Assembly (NCBI GenBank): GCA_026395055.1
Contig: JAPLZK010000004.1
Location: forward strand, 209,432-273,431
DNA from: Candidatus Uhrbacteria bacterium
GTDB taxonomy: Bacteria; Patescibacteriota; Patescibacteriia; UBA9934; GWF2-40-263
Reading direction: 5' to 3'
Length of the DNA: 64,000 nt
In this document: positions 1 to 8,829 of the stretch, piece by piece
How positions within the stretch are numbered: the stretch's first letter is position 1
Layout: every line of letters begins with the position of its first letter
Program-made: the position numbers and the translations under genes
Notes under the pieces: generated by a model
Seen by the model: the letters and a program-made list of their open reading frames with translations, nothing else
Database searches by the model: none
Told to the model about the DNA's origin: nothing

Positions 1-109
1 CTTCAGGATTTATTTGACGTGCCTCGGATTTTCTTGCCATACAAAAAATTTTAAGGATGTTTGAATTGAGATAAAAATAACACAAAAATGCGTTTTTGTC
101 AATGAGACA

Positions 110-697
110 TTGACAAATTCTGATTTTATGATATCGTGTTTAGCCGACAAGCACAACGGCCAAGGAGTCCACAGTGTCATGAATCCCACGCAAACCACGA
201 GTGAAGATCATGCAGGAAGCAAGGCGCGACCTGTGACAAGTTTGTTTGGAGCGGATTCACGGATTCGTTCGGAGTGCTTGAATGCATTTCCTGCGTCGCC
301 GGAATTTGCGACGTATCTTGCAAAGCGCATTCTTGCGCTGAATGGATCGATCCTTGTCGCTCAACTGTTCATCAATCAATTCCGTATGTGTTTTCTGGAT
401 TCAACCATCGTGGTTTTACCGGAACACGTGATGCGACTTGGTGTAGATCAGAATCCGCATTGCGTGACGTCTGTGTTCACTGCCTTGCTCACGAACGAAT
501 TTCCCATCATACAGGCGCTCGCCCGACTCGAAATCAACCTGAAGGGTGATATCGAATCCGATGATGCGGTGCACTACACCCAACCAGAACATAAGGCGGT
601 CGACCTTGATCAGCTCGTTCCTTTGCAACACCTCTTCATTTGCGCCTCCGCTATGCTCGTCGGGATCACCATCGATCCACGCGTGCTGGCCGCGTAA
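110..697 (+). CDS. hypothetical protein (weak call)
   Basis: Longest ORF in a GC-rich (~52%) segment. No recognisable motifs, and start and strand are uncertain. Confidence 0.25.
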   Translation: MTNSDFMISCLADKHNGQGVHSVMNPTQTTSEDHAGSKARPVTSLFGADSRIRSECLNAFPASPEFATYLAKRILALNGSILVAQLFINQFRMCFLDSTIVVLPEHVMRLGVDQNPHCVTSVFTALLTNEFPIIQALARLEINLKGDIESDDAVHYTQPEHKAVDLDQLVPLQHLFICASAMLVGITIDPRVLAA

Positions 698-740
698 TCT
701 TCAAGGACTCATTGCGGGTCTTTTTTTCTTTGTCGAATCA

Positions 741-769
741 TTGACAAAAAAGGCCTTTTGCCATATGAT
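741..769 (+). promoter_or_regulatory. sigma70-like promoter, TTGACA-17-TATGAT
   Basis: TTGACA at 741-746, exact 17-nt spacer, TATGAT at 764-769. The site lies about 35 nt upstream of the ATG at 804, which has an AGAGGT SD. Confidence 0.55.
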
Positions 770-803
770 CACTTCGCCAATTTCGGCACAGAGGTACGGT
801 CAC

Positions 804-1643
804 ATGTCACAGCAAGCACAGCCCGGCAAGCAGTCGCCGGAAGACAAAGCCAAAGCGGCTCTGGATACTTTTCTCGACCATCCGTTCTGGAGGGAGCTTC
901 CACGGGCGGTTTCGAAAGGGTTCGATCGTGTTGATCAGTTTTTCGAGAAAGGTGAGTTCGACGAAATCCTTGCCGGTGGCGAGGCTTGTGCAGAGCTCAT
1001 TGCAAACGCGTCCCGTCACGTGATGGAGCGTGGACAGTTCGGCGAACCCGAGGCGGCGTTCCTTGCGGCGGCTCGCACGGAGTTCGGACAGAAAAAGAGT
1101 TTCCTCGCAACCACGATCAACTTCATGCAGGCTGTTGTCGGCTCTGTTGATCCGGATGACAAGAAGACTCCGAAGCAAGTGCAGGATCATTTGGATCTCA
1201 TGCGCTTCATCTACATCGCCGCGCGCGACAAGCCGGAACTCCTGGAGCTGCTGAATGACAGCCGCTACAAGAATCTGGATCCGTCCGTGTGCAACAATCC
1301 GAACCTGGACAAGCTCCTCGATGAGCTCGTGAAGAATGGGTGTGTCCATGCGTTGCAGGTGGGCGCGGTCAAGGCCATGCTGTCTCCGCTTCGTCGGAGC
1401 TGGACGGAAGATCGGTGTGCGGCCGCGAGCAAGGCATTTGCCGAGCAGCGCTACCTCCGTGATCAGACCCAGGTTCAGGCGCGGCAGTTCGTCGAAAAGT
1501 CGAGTCTGGAATACCCGAAGGTCGCCACAAAGCTTCTGACGGTTGCGCACGGTCTCCGCGTTGCCTACACAGAAGGTGCGGTCCTGCGCTTCGAAACCAT
1601 TTGCTACATGATGCTCAATGCCTGCAAGGGCGTCCACGCTTAA
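804..1643 (+). CDS. hypothetical alpha-helical protein in a GC-rich (~60%) segment
   Basis: In-frame ATG at 804 with AGAGGT SD 9 nt upstream. A consensus promoter lies upstream and a hairpin plus T8 terminator downstream. The antisense ORF 807..1637 is judged spurious. Confidence 0.6.
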   Translation: MSQQAQPGKQSPEDKAKAALDTFLDHPFWRELPRAVSKGFDRVDQFFEKGEFDEILAGGEACAELIANASRHVMERGQFGEPEAAFLAAARTEFGQKKSFLATTINFMQAVVGSVDPDDKKTPKQVQDHLDLMRFIYIAARDKPELLELLNDSRYKNLDPSVCNNPNLDKLLDELVKNGCVHALQVGAVKAMLSPLRRSWTEDRCAAASKAFAEQRYLRDQTQVQARQFVEKSSLEYPKVATKLLTVAHGLRVAYTEGAVLRFETICYMMLNACKGVHA

Positions 1644-1670
1644 GACTCCTCACTCGAGGGTCTTTTTTTT
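1644..1670 (+). terminator. intrinsic terminator (hairpin + T8)
   Basis: gactcctcactcgagggtc followed by tttttttt, immediately after the TAA at 1641-1643. Confidence 0.6.
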
Positions 1671-1686
1671 ATGAATCCCTTACCCC

Positions 1687-1715
1687 TTGCCCCTCGTCCC
1701 TTTTTCCAGTATTCT
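1687..1715 (+). promoter_or_regulatory. promoter TTGCCC-17-TATTCT; miaB transcript probably leaderless
   Basis: The -10 ends 9 nt before the miaB ATG at 1725, and there is no SD. Confidence 0.4.
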
Positions 1716-1724
1716 CGACTCGTT

Positions 1725-3119
1725 ATGCAAGAATCTCAACCAAAATTTCACCTCATTACTTACGGCTGCCAGATGAACAAAAATGACTCGGAGCGCATGG
1801 AGACATTGCTTCATGGGTTAGGATTTGTTTCAACAGATGCTCCGGTAGAAGCAGATTTGATTTTGATCAACACGTGTTCTGTTCGACAACAAGCAGAGGA
1901 TCGTGTGTTTGGAAAAGTGCACGAGTTCGAAGCATTGAAAGAAATAAATCCAAAGCTGATCCTCGGCATTACGGGCTGTATGGCTGGGCGTGATCGAGAC
2001 GGCGTGATTCGCAAAAAGATTCCTGCGGTGGATTTGTATTTTCCTACGGCCGATATGGGGCAGTTACCACGCTGGATCGGTGAACTTCGCCCTGAGCTTG
2101 TAAACAGCACAGATCTTGTAGAAGATTATTTAAAGATTAAACCAGAGCGCAATTCGCTGCGCCAAGCATTTGTTTCTATCCAAACGGGATGCAATAAGTT
2201 TTGTACGTATTGCGTTGTCCCATTTGCAAGAGGTCTCGAGAAGAACCGGTCCGTAAAAGATATTCTCGAGGAGATTACAGATCTCGCTGCGCATGGATGT
2301 GTGGAAGTGACACTACTCGGACAAACCGTGAATAGTTATCTTGCACCGGACGTTGAGAATTTCTCAGAAGGGAATCCGTATCAAAATCATTTTGCAAAAC
2401 TTCTTTGGGAAGTAAACCAGATTCCGGAAATTAAACGATTGCATTTCACGGCTCCACATCCGCTCCACATGACAGACGAGGTGATTGATGCAATGACACT
2501 GCCGGCACACGTGAACTTTATTCATCTTCCTGTGCAGGCGGGTGATAATGAAGTGCTCAGACGTATGAATCGTCGGTACACAATCGAACAGTTTAATGAC
2601 GTCGTATCTCGATTGCGCGCAAAAATTCCAAACCTCGCGATCGGAACAGATATCATTGTCGGATTTTCCGGCGAATCTCCAGAACAATTCCAAAAGACCG
2701 TCGACATGTATCGCGATCTTAAATTCGATATCGGTTATAATGCGCGTTATAGTGAACGCTCAGGCACCGCAGCAAAGCGTGCGTTTAAAGACGATGTGAC
2801 GCAAGAAGAAAAGAAACGTCGATGGAATGAATTACAGGCTGTGATGGAACACGTTGTCCATGAAAAAAACCAACAATATGTCGACGAGGTTGTAAGTGTG
2901 CTTGTCGAAAGACACGAGGCACCAAAGATTACAGATGAGATGCTCGCGATGCCAGAAAAGATTCAAGAGCTTCTCGCGGCACAACCCGGAATGTGTTTTG
3001 GAAATTCGCGTGAGATGAAGCTTGTAACGTTTGCAGGAGGAAAAGAATTGGTTGGGGAGATTGTGGATGTTAAAATAACAAAAGCAGAAACTTGGATTCT
3101 CGAAGGACAACAAACATGA
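1725..3119 (+). CDS. miaB: tRNA-2-methylthio-N6-dimethylallyladenosine synthase (radical SAM methylthiotransferase)
   Basis: ITYGCQMN MTTase N-domain, radical-SAM CNKFCTYCVVP, C-terminal TRAM-like region. The start was moved to the ATG at 1725 (MQESQPKFHLITYGCQMN). Confidence 0.9.
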   Translation: MQESQPKFHLITYGCQMNKNDSERMETLLHGLGFVSTDAPVEADLILINTCSVRQQAEDRVFGKVHEFEALKEINPKLILGITGCMAGRDRDGVIRKKIPAVDLYFPTADMGQLPRWIGELRPELVNSTDLVEDYLKIKPERNSLRQAFVSIQTGCNKFCTYCVVPFARGLEKNRSVKDILEEITDLAAHGCVEVTLLGQTVNSYLAPDVENFSEGNPYQNHFAKLLWEVNQIPEIKRLHFTAPHPLHMTDEVIDAMTLPAHVNFIHLPVQAGDNEVLRRMNRRYTIEQFNDVVSRLRAKIPNLAIGTDIIVGFSGESPEQFQKTVDMYRDLKFDIGYNARYSERSGTAAKRAFKDDVTQEEKKRRWNELQAVMEHVVHEKNQQYVDEVVSVLVERHEAPKITDEMLAMPEKIQELLAAQPGMCFGNSREMKLVTFAGGKELVGEIVDVKITKAETWILEGQQT

Positions 3120-4069
3120 AACCCAAACTTATCGCCATCGTTGGTCCAACTGCGAGCGGGAAAACCGCGCTTGGGATTGAGATTGCTAAATTGATTGGTG
3201 GAGAAGTGATTTCGGTTGATTCTCGCATGGTGTATCGAGGGATGAATGTTGGAACGGCGAAACCAGAGGGGGAGTGGAAGACGGAGGAAATTCAGATTGG
3301 CGGGCGAATTGATCAGTTGTTTGGTGCGCGCAAAGAATTTTTTGTTGAGGATGTTCCGCATTGGGGAATTGATCTTGTTGAACCAGATCAAGAATATTCT
3401 GTGGCAACGTTTAAAACGTATGCGGAAAAAAAGATTGCGGAGATTGTGAAACGTAAACATATACCAATTCTCGTTGGGGGAACCGGATTGTGGCTTTCGG
3501 CCGTCATCGATAATCTTGATCTGTCTTCGACACCTTCTGATGAAAAACTGCGAGCCGAGCTTGAAGAAAAATCTTTGGGAGATTTATTTCATGAATTCAA
3601 AAAATTAGATCCGGTTGGTGCGGAACAAATTGATCGCGAGAACAAGCGTCGTGTTGTTCGTGCGCTCGAGGTGACGCTGCTCACGGGTAAACCCTTTTCG
3701 CAATTACAAACGCGCGGCATCTCGAAATACGATGTGTTGCAGATTGGTATCGCTGTTGATCGAGAAACACTGAATGAACGCATCAATGATCGTGTAGACG
3801 AGATGATTGCAAAAGAACTCGTGACAGAAGTAAGATCGTTGAAAGAGAAGTTTGGTTGCACAATCGAATCCATGACAGGAATTGGTTACCGACAAGTCTG
3901 TGAGTTTCTTGAAGGACGCTCTTCGCTCAAGGACGCAATCGAAGAAATAAAAAAAGATTCACGGCATTATGCCAAGCGTCAGATGACGTGGTTTAAACGC
4001 GATGAAAGAATTCAGTGGGTGAAAAATGCAAAAGAAGCCATTGGATTCGTAGAAACATTTTTGCAATAA
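3116..4069 (+). CDS. miaA: tRNA dimethylallyltransferase
   Basis: MKPKLIAIVGPTASGKT P-loop and MiaA-like body. ATGA overlap with the miaB stop. Confidence 0.9.
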   Translation: MKPKLIAIVGPTASGKTALGIEIAKLIGGEVISVDSRMVYRGMNVGTAKPEGEWKTEEIQIGGRIDQLFGARKEFFVEDVPHWGIDLVEPDQEYSVATFKTYAEKKIAEIVKRKHIPILVGGTGLWLSAVIDNLDLSSTPSDEKLRAELEEKSLGDLFHEFKKLDPVGAEQIDRENKRRVVRALEVTLLTGKPFSQLQTRGISKYDVLQIGIAVDRETLNERINDRVDEMIAKELVTEVRSLKEKFGCTIESMTGIGYRQVCEFLEGRSSLKDAIEEIKKDSRHYAKRQMTWFKRDERIQWVKNAKEAIGFVETFLQ

Positions 4070-4081
4070 AAAAACCTCACT

Positions 4082-4969
4082 TCACGTTCGCAACGTTTGT
4101 GAGGAGGAGATGGGTCTTGGTCTTCCGTAGATCATGGGTGCAACGTGAACATGGTCACGTCTGTCCGTTTCTTTTCCTCTGTACAAGGCATCGTTTGCAC
4201 ACGTAAAGAGTTGATTGAACATGTCGTCGACACCATGATCCGGTTTGATGTACGCACTTGCGACACCGATTGTAACTGTTTGGGTGATCTGTGTTCCGTT
4301 TGGCACAAAACACGGTGTTCTCTGCATGGCGCTGCGAATGCGTTCTCCAATCATTTTCCCGTTTCCAAGAATTTGATGGATATGCGGAAGGGTGGCGCCT
4401 GTTTGAGATCGTGCGGTATCACTGTATGGCTGATCACGATCTCGTTGTGCGTGATCTGGTGTTGGGTTATTTGCAACCGCGACGATAATGAATTCTTCGC
4501 CGCCCCAGCGCACAAGGATATCGCCCAAGCGAACGGATTGTTTCATGATGTTCGCAAACCACTGCAAGACCTGATCGCCCGCGGGGTTCCCTCCGTGTTT
4601 TTTGTTGACCTGACTAAAGTGATCAAGATCAAGCATGAGAACAGAGACAACACCATCGAATCGAATGGTTTTCAGTCGACCTAGCATTTGTTCGATGGAG
4701 ACACGACCCGGTTGTTGTCGCAGAAGTTCTGTCAGGCCATCGAGCGTGGCTTGCTCGTGGATGGACATGAGGTAACTTCGACCAACGGTCGTTTGAAAGA
4801 ACTCTTCGAAGATGGCTTGTTCTCGATCAGACGGAATCAGATCTGTGTGATCCGATGTCCCATCAGGGAATTGAACAATGATTTCTCCGCGTTGACCGTA
4901 GCGAATAGACAGCTTTGGTGGATCTTCCACGAGCACCTCCGAACGAGTGAATGGCCATATGGGGTTCAT
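4082..4969 (-). CDS. GGDEF-domain diguanylate cyclase with an uncharacterised N-terminal ~75-aa region
   Basis: LMLDLDHFSQVN....GG.EFI motif block with GGEEF (RWGGEEFIIV). Confidence 0.8.
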   Translation of the reverse strand: MNPIWPFTRSEVLVEDPPKLSIRYGQRGEIIVQFPDGTSDHTDLIPSDREQAIFEEFFQTTVGRSYLMSIHEQATLDGLTELLRQQPGRVSIEQMLGRLKTIRFDGVVSVLMLDLDHFSQVNKKHGGNPAGDQVLQWFANIMKQSVRLGDILVRWGGEEFIIVAVANNPTPDHAQRDRDQPYSDTARSQTGATLPHIHQILGNGKMIGERIRSAMQRTPCFVPNGTQITQTVTIGVASAYIKPDHGVDDMFNQLFTCANDALYRGKETDRRDHVHVAPMIYGRPRPISSSQTLRT

Positions 4970-5013
4970 ATGGACTCTGGATTAAACCAAAAAAATTGAA
5001 TTTTGTCAACCGT

Positions 5014-5036
5014 AAAACCGCCTTTTGGGCGGTTTT
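5014..5036. terminator. hairpin aaaaccgcc-ttttgg-gcggtttt (terminator for gatB on the minus strand)
   Basis: Perfect 8-bp stem flanked by A and T runs. Confidence 0.5.
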
Positions 5037-5046
5037 ACTTTTGTTT

Positions 5047-6555
5047 CTAGGATTTTAACTTCACAAGCAACATGTTTCTGCTGACTCCTGGATCTGCGGT
5101 TCCTTGGGTTTCTTTCATGACGAGTCCGACAAAGAAGGGGAGTAATTTTTCTTCTCCTGCTTGGTAACGGAGAACTTCTTCTTTGTGTCCTTCAAGGACG
5201 CGATCAACAACGTCTGCAAGTTCACCTGCATCTTGCATAGTACCGAGTTGCAAGTCTTCCATGAGATGTGTTGGAGATTTTCCGTCATCAAGCATGGCAT
5301 TTAAGACTTTGAGTCCCGCGGTTCCGTTTAATTTTGTGGTTGCAATGAGTGTAATGAATTCCGCAAAATAGTTTGGAGTGATTTTACAGGTGCGGATATC
5401 AATTCCGCGTTCCATCATGAGTCCGCCAAGTTTTGAGAGAAGCCAACCAGAGACGAGGCGTGCCATTTTTGGTTTCTCTGTTTCCCAATCAAGGTCGCCT
5501 TCCGTTGTGCTTAACCATTCTTGGAGTTCTGAGAATGTGTGTTCCGCGTAGTCTGCAAGGGTGGGGTCATCACACATTTGCGCGGCGTCAGATGGTTTCA
5601 GTCCGTATTCTTCTGCAAAACGTGCACGACGTGCGGCTGGAAGTTCCGGCATGATGAGTTTGAGTTCCTCTGCGAGATCTGTGAGATTTAGTGGTGGGAT
5701 GTCTGGTTCGGGGAAGTAACGGTAGTCTGCTGCGTCTTCTTTTGATCGTTGTGGCTCTGTGAATCCTTTGACGTCATTCCATCCGCGCGTTGTTGAAACA
5801 ATAACGGGCGTGCCGTCTTCCCAAAGTTTTGTTTGACGTTTGATTTCAAACTCGAGAGCACGTTCCACGTGTCTGAAGGAGTTCATGTTTTTAACTTCTG
5901 TTTTTGGATTGAAGCGTGCGCCAACAATTTGTCCGTCCGCATCAATTTCGCGAAGGGAAATGTTTGCGTCGCAACGCATGTTTCCTTTTTCCATGTCTGC
6001 GTTTGAGATGTCGAGGTAACGCGCAATGCGTTGGAGTTCATGCAAAAACGCTTTTGCTTCTTTTGCATTTGTGAAGTCTGGTTCCGTTACAATCTCGATG
6101 AGAGGCGTTCCGCCGCGATTAAAATCCACAAGCGTTTTTCCTTCTACACCGTGCGTGTTTTTTGCTGCGTCTTCTTCAAGGTGGGCTCGTGTGATTCCAA
6201 AGCGTACGAATGATCGTTCGGAATCTGGAATTTCAACTTCTAGGTATCCATCTGAGGCGATCGGTAAATCGAACTGTGAAATCTGATACGCCTTTGGAAG
6301 GTCTGGATAAAAATAGTTTTTACGATCGAATTTTGAGTGCGAGGCGATTTTACAGTTGAGGGCAAGACCCATCATGGTGCCGAAGCGAATGGCCTGTTCA
6401 TTTGGAACGGGGAGTGTTCCTGGATTTCCAAGACAAATAGCACACACGTTTGTGTTTGGAGACGCGCCAATGTCATGTGCGGGACACGCACAGAACATTT
6501 TGGATTTGGTTTTCAGCTGGAGGTGGATTTCAAGTCCAATCACGGGAATCAACAT
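5047..6555 (-). CDS. gatB: Asp-tRNA(Asn)/Glu-tRNA(Gln) amidotransferase subunit B
   Basis: MLIPVIGLEIHLQL...NPGTLPV...YFPEPDIPP. Full-length GatB homology, 502 aa. Confidence 0.92.
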   Translation of the reverse strand: MLIPVIGLEIHLQLKTKSKMFCACPAHDIGASPNTNVCAICLGNPGTLPVPNEQAIRFGTMMGLALNCKIASHSKFDRKNYFYPDLPKAYQISQFDLPIASDGYLEVEIPDSERSFVRFGITRAHLEEDAAKNTHGVEGKTLVDFNRGGTPLIEIVTEPDFTNAKEAKAFLHELQRIARYLDISNADMEKGNMRCDANISLREIDADGQIVGARFNPKTEVKNMNSFRHVERALEFEIKRQTKLWEDGTPVIVSTTRGWNDVKGFTEPQRSKEDAADYRYFPEPDIPPLNLTDLAEELKLIMPELPAARRARFAEEYGLKPSDAAQMCDDPTLADYAEHTFSELQEWLSTTEGDLDWETEKPKMARLVSGWLLSKLGGLMMERGIDIRTCKITPNYFAEFITLIATTKLNGTAGLKVLNAMLDDGKSPTHLMEDLQLGTMQDAGELADVVDRVLEGHKEEVLRYQAGEEKLLPFFVGLVMKETQGTADPGVSRNMLLVKLKS

Positions 6556-6558
6556 ATG

Positions 6559-7461
6559 TTATGTTTCATTGCGAGGAGTCATTGACGAAGCGATCTTTTC
6601 GCCCGTTTCGGGACTGACGGTTTCCTGTTTAACCAAAGGGCCTCGCGTTTCTCTTAGATGTTTATACAGGAGCGTCATGTACGTTGCAAGCAGAGGGATT
6701 GCAACGATTTCTACGATGGATTGTAAGAGATCAAGCCAAGCAGGGAGTTGATTTTGTGCGGCAATTTTTACAGGATCTACTCCAGCTGCCGCGCCGGAAA
6801 TGGAGATGATGAGCGCGACGATGACAGAATAAACAAATCCAATAAGGACAGGTCCTCCAACCAGACGATAAAGAACAGAGAAGAATCTTCCCTCAGAAAG
6901 TGATCGACTAAATTTAAGAGCTTCCATTCCGTGTTTACCATCCAGCACAGCAGACGTTTGGGCAAATGCAAACCAAATGATCGCAATGAATCCTGGAATG
7001 ATGAGAAGGATAAAACCGAGAAGGACGAGCAGAATGTGCAAGAGGAGAACGCGTGCTGTGGGTTGTAAAAGCGTTTTGGAATATTTTTTAAGCCCCATGG
7101 CATCAAACGGTTGTTTTTCTACAAGGGCGTTTACAATCAAAATCAAAATGATTCCAGTCCAGAAGGTGATCATGAATTCTGCAACAGAACACAGAAGATC
7201 AAGTGTGACGACGATAGGATTTTGTTCTGGAAAAAAACTTAAAACAAAATAACCGGCAAATGGAAGAAGAAGCCACGCTGTGTAACCAATCATCAGCCAA
7301 AAATTTGAGCGATACAATTGTAGGCTTAGGAAAACAAGATCGAGCGGAGAACGAAGCGGTGTCTTATTCCTGCCTGCCGGCAGGCTAGGCGCTTTGTTCG
7401 GTGAGGCTTTGGTAAAGGAGAACATCAGATAAGAAAATAAGTGGATTGAGAAAAATCGCAA
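6559..7461 (-). CDS. polytopic integral membrane protein, paralog A of the adjacent gene
   Basis: Multiple TM helices. The shared motif is (K/M)EALK.SR.L(T/S)EG(K/R)F(W/F)SVL. The true start may be an internal Met at 7425 or 7293, because the ORF-track start overlaps the upstream paralog. Confidence 0.6.
   Translation of the reverse strand: MRFFSIHLFSYLMFSFTKASPNKAPSLPAGRNKTPLRSPLDLVFLSLQLYRSNFWLMIGYTAWLLLPFAGYFVLSFFPEQNPIVVTLDLLCSVAEFMITFWTGIILILIVNALVEKQPFDAMGLKKYSKTLLQPTARVLLLHILLVLLGFILLIIPGFIAIIWFAFAQTSAVLDGKHGMEALKFSRSLSEGRFFSVLYRLVGGPVLIGFVYSVIVALIISISGAAAGVDPVKIAAQNQLPAWLDLLQSIVEIVAIPLLATYMTLLYKHLRETRGPLVKQETVSPETGEKIASSMTPRNET
7366..7392. repeat. GC-rich palindrome GCCTGCCGGCAGGC, copy 1
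   Basis: Perfect 14-bp palindrome at 7372-7385, overlapping the stop of the 7385..8263 gene. Copy 2 is at 8301-8327. Confidence 0.5.
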
Positions 7462-8263
7462 GGAGCATTGGGAGGATGGACGCAGTGAGTTCGCCTATGC
7501 GTTGTTGAACATCTAAGTTTAATCCTGTTGCGTTGATGATAAACGTGTTCAAAACAAGATTGATGAGAAGGATGATGAGAGCACCAAACAAGACGAAAAC
7601 CAGTTTTGGCAAAACAATACGAGCAAGGACACTCCAGAATTTTCCTTCTGTAAGGGTTCGGCTCTTTTTAAGAGCCTCTTTGTTTTTTGCGCGATCCAAA
7701 ATGGCTGCATAGGGCGCCATCATGTAATAAAGCGTCCATTTGGAAGTAAGAATTACGCTCACAATGAGTCCGATGATCAAAAGTCCATTTGCGACTCCAA
7801 GAATCCATGCGTTTTGCATCCAAAATCCGACAGCACCAAGAAGGAGGGAAGGACCGAGAGTGATCACTTGTGCAAGAAGGAGCGTGAGTCCAACAAGAGC
7901 GGTCACCGCAAGAGCTGGGAAATAACGTCTTTTGGTTTCTCTCATGACACTTGTAATACTCATTTGTTCACCGCGCAAAACAGATTTTGCTCCAATGGCG
8001 AGGGAAACGAAAACCCAGAAGCCTAAGAGGGGAGAAAGAATGATGTTCGTGAATCCGTATAAGATAACCCCCGTCACTTCATTAAAGGAAAAATTGGTAT
8101 GATACGCAATAGCACCTGCATTTGGATAAAGCAGTGTTGCAACCGCATTCAGAATGGCAATAAGGATGAGCCAACCTGAGAGTTGTAAAAAGAACGGAAG
8201 AGAAGAGCGATATTTATTCCACGATTGGTCAATAAGATCGCCGATGGAAATGAGAGGTTTCAT
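7385..8263 (-). CDS. polytopic integral membrane protein, paralog B
   Basis: About 290 aa with many TM helices. N- and C-terminal regions align with paralog A. Confidence 0.7.
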   Translation of the reverse strand: MKPLISIGDLIDQSWNKYRSSLPFFLQLSGWLILIAILNAVATLLYPNAGAIAYHTNFSFNEVTGVILYGFTNIILSPLLGFWVFVSLAIGAKSVLRGEQMSITSVMRETKRRYFPALAVTALVGLTLLLAQVITLGPSLLLGAVGFWMQNAWILGVANGLLIIGLIVSVILTSKWTLYYMMAPYAAILDRAKNKEALKKSRTLTEGKFWSVLARIVLPKLVFVLFGALIILLINLVLNTFIINATGLNLDVQQRIGELTASILPMLLAIFLNPLIFLSDVLLYQSLTEQSA

Positions 8264-8300
8264 AGTACGAACATTATAGCAGGGGCGAGGGGTAAGGGGC

Positions 8301-8327
8301 TAGGCTTGCCTGCCGGCAGGCAGGGAT
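8301..8327. repeat. GC-rich palindrome TGCCTGCCGGCAGGCA, copy 2
   Basis: Perfect 16-bp palindrome at 8307-8322, directly 3' of dut. Together with copy 1 it brackets paralog B. Confidence 0.5.
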
Positions 8328-8764
8328 TAGTGGCCGGTTGATCCAAAACCACCACGATCTGGTTTCTCGAGCATCTCAACAACGTTAAACGATGCTTTGA
8401 TGATTGGCATGATCATGCCTTGTGCTAGACGATCTCCTTTTGTGACGGTTACGGGGGTGTTTGTGAAATTGATGAGTTGCAGGAGAATTTCGTCATTTGG
8501 CCCACAATAGTCTTCATCAACAATTCCAATACCTTGAACAACCGTAAGGCCGAACTTTTTTGGGAGGGATGAACGAGCCGCTACGACGAGAACGTGGTTT
8601 TGCGGTGTGCAGATAACCAAACCCGTTCGAAGCCGAACGATCTCGCCCGGCGCAATTGTTGCGTTTTCGATGGTTGAGAGATCAAACGCACATGAACCGG
8701 GTGTTTTGTATTCTGGCAAGATGCCGTCAGGATGACATAGAAAGATGTCCACAGGGATGTTCAT
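8327..8764 (-). CDS. dut: dUTP diphosphatase
   Basis: 145 aa with dUTPase motifs (AR.SSL....L...G.ID.DY.G, GDR.AQ, RGGFGSTG). Confidence 0.88.
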   Translation of the reverse strand: MNIPVDIFLCHPDGILPEYKTPGSCAFDLSTIENATIAPGEIVRLRTGLVICTPQNHVLVVAARSSLPKKFGLTVVQGIGIVDEDYCGPNDEILLQLINFTNTPVTVTKGDRLAQGMIMPIIKASFNVVEMLEKPDRGGFGSTGH

Positions 8765-8829
8765 ATGCGCCTATTCTATCAAATTATGCCGATGGCAACA
8801 TCCTCCTCAGTTTGATAGCATGGGGAAAT

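Noticed and set aside
807-1637. 276-aa minus-strand ORF antisense to the 804..1643 CDS
   Set aside because: The GC-rich region produces long ORFs on both strands. The plus-strand ORF has the consensus promoter, SD and downstream terminator. The antisense product is Arg/Leu-rich junk-like.
4145-4684. 179-aa plus-strand ORF antisense to the GGDEF gene, and similar internal ORFs (e.g. 8779..9321, 28674..29033, 33363..33872, 36620..37111, 37865..38464)
   Set aside because: All are nested within strongly supported CDSs on the opposite strand or in another frame. None has a start signal.
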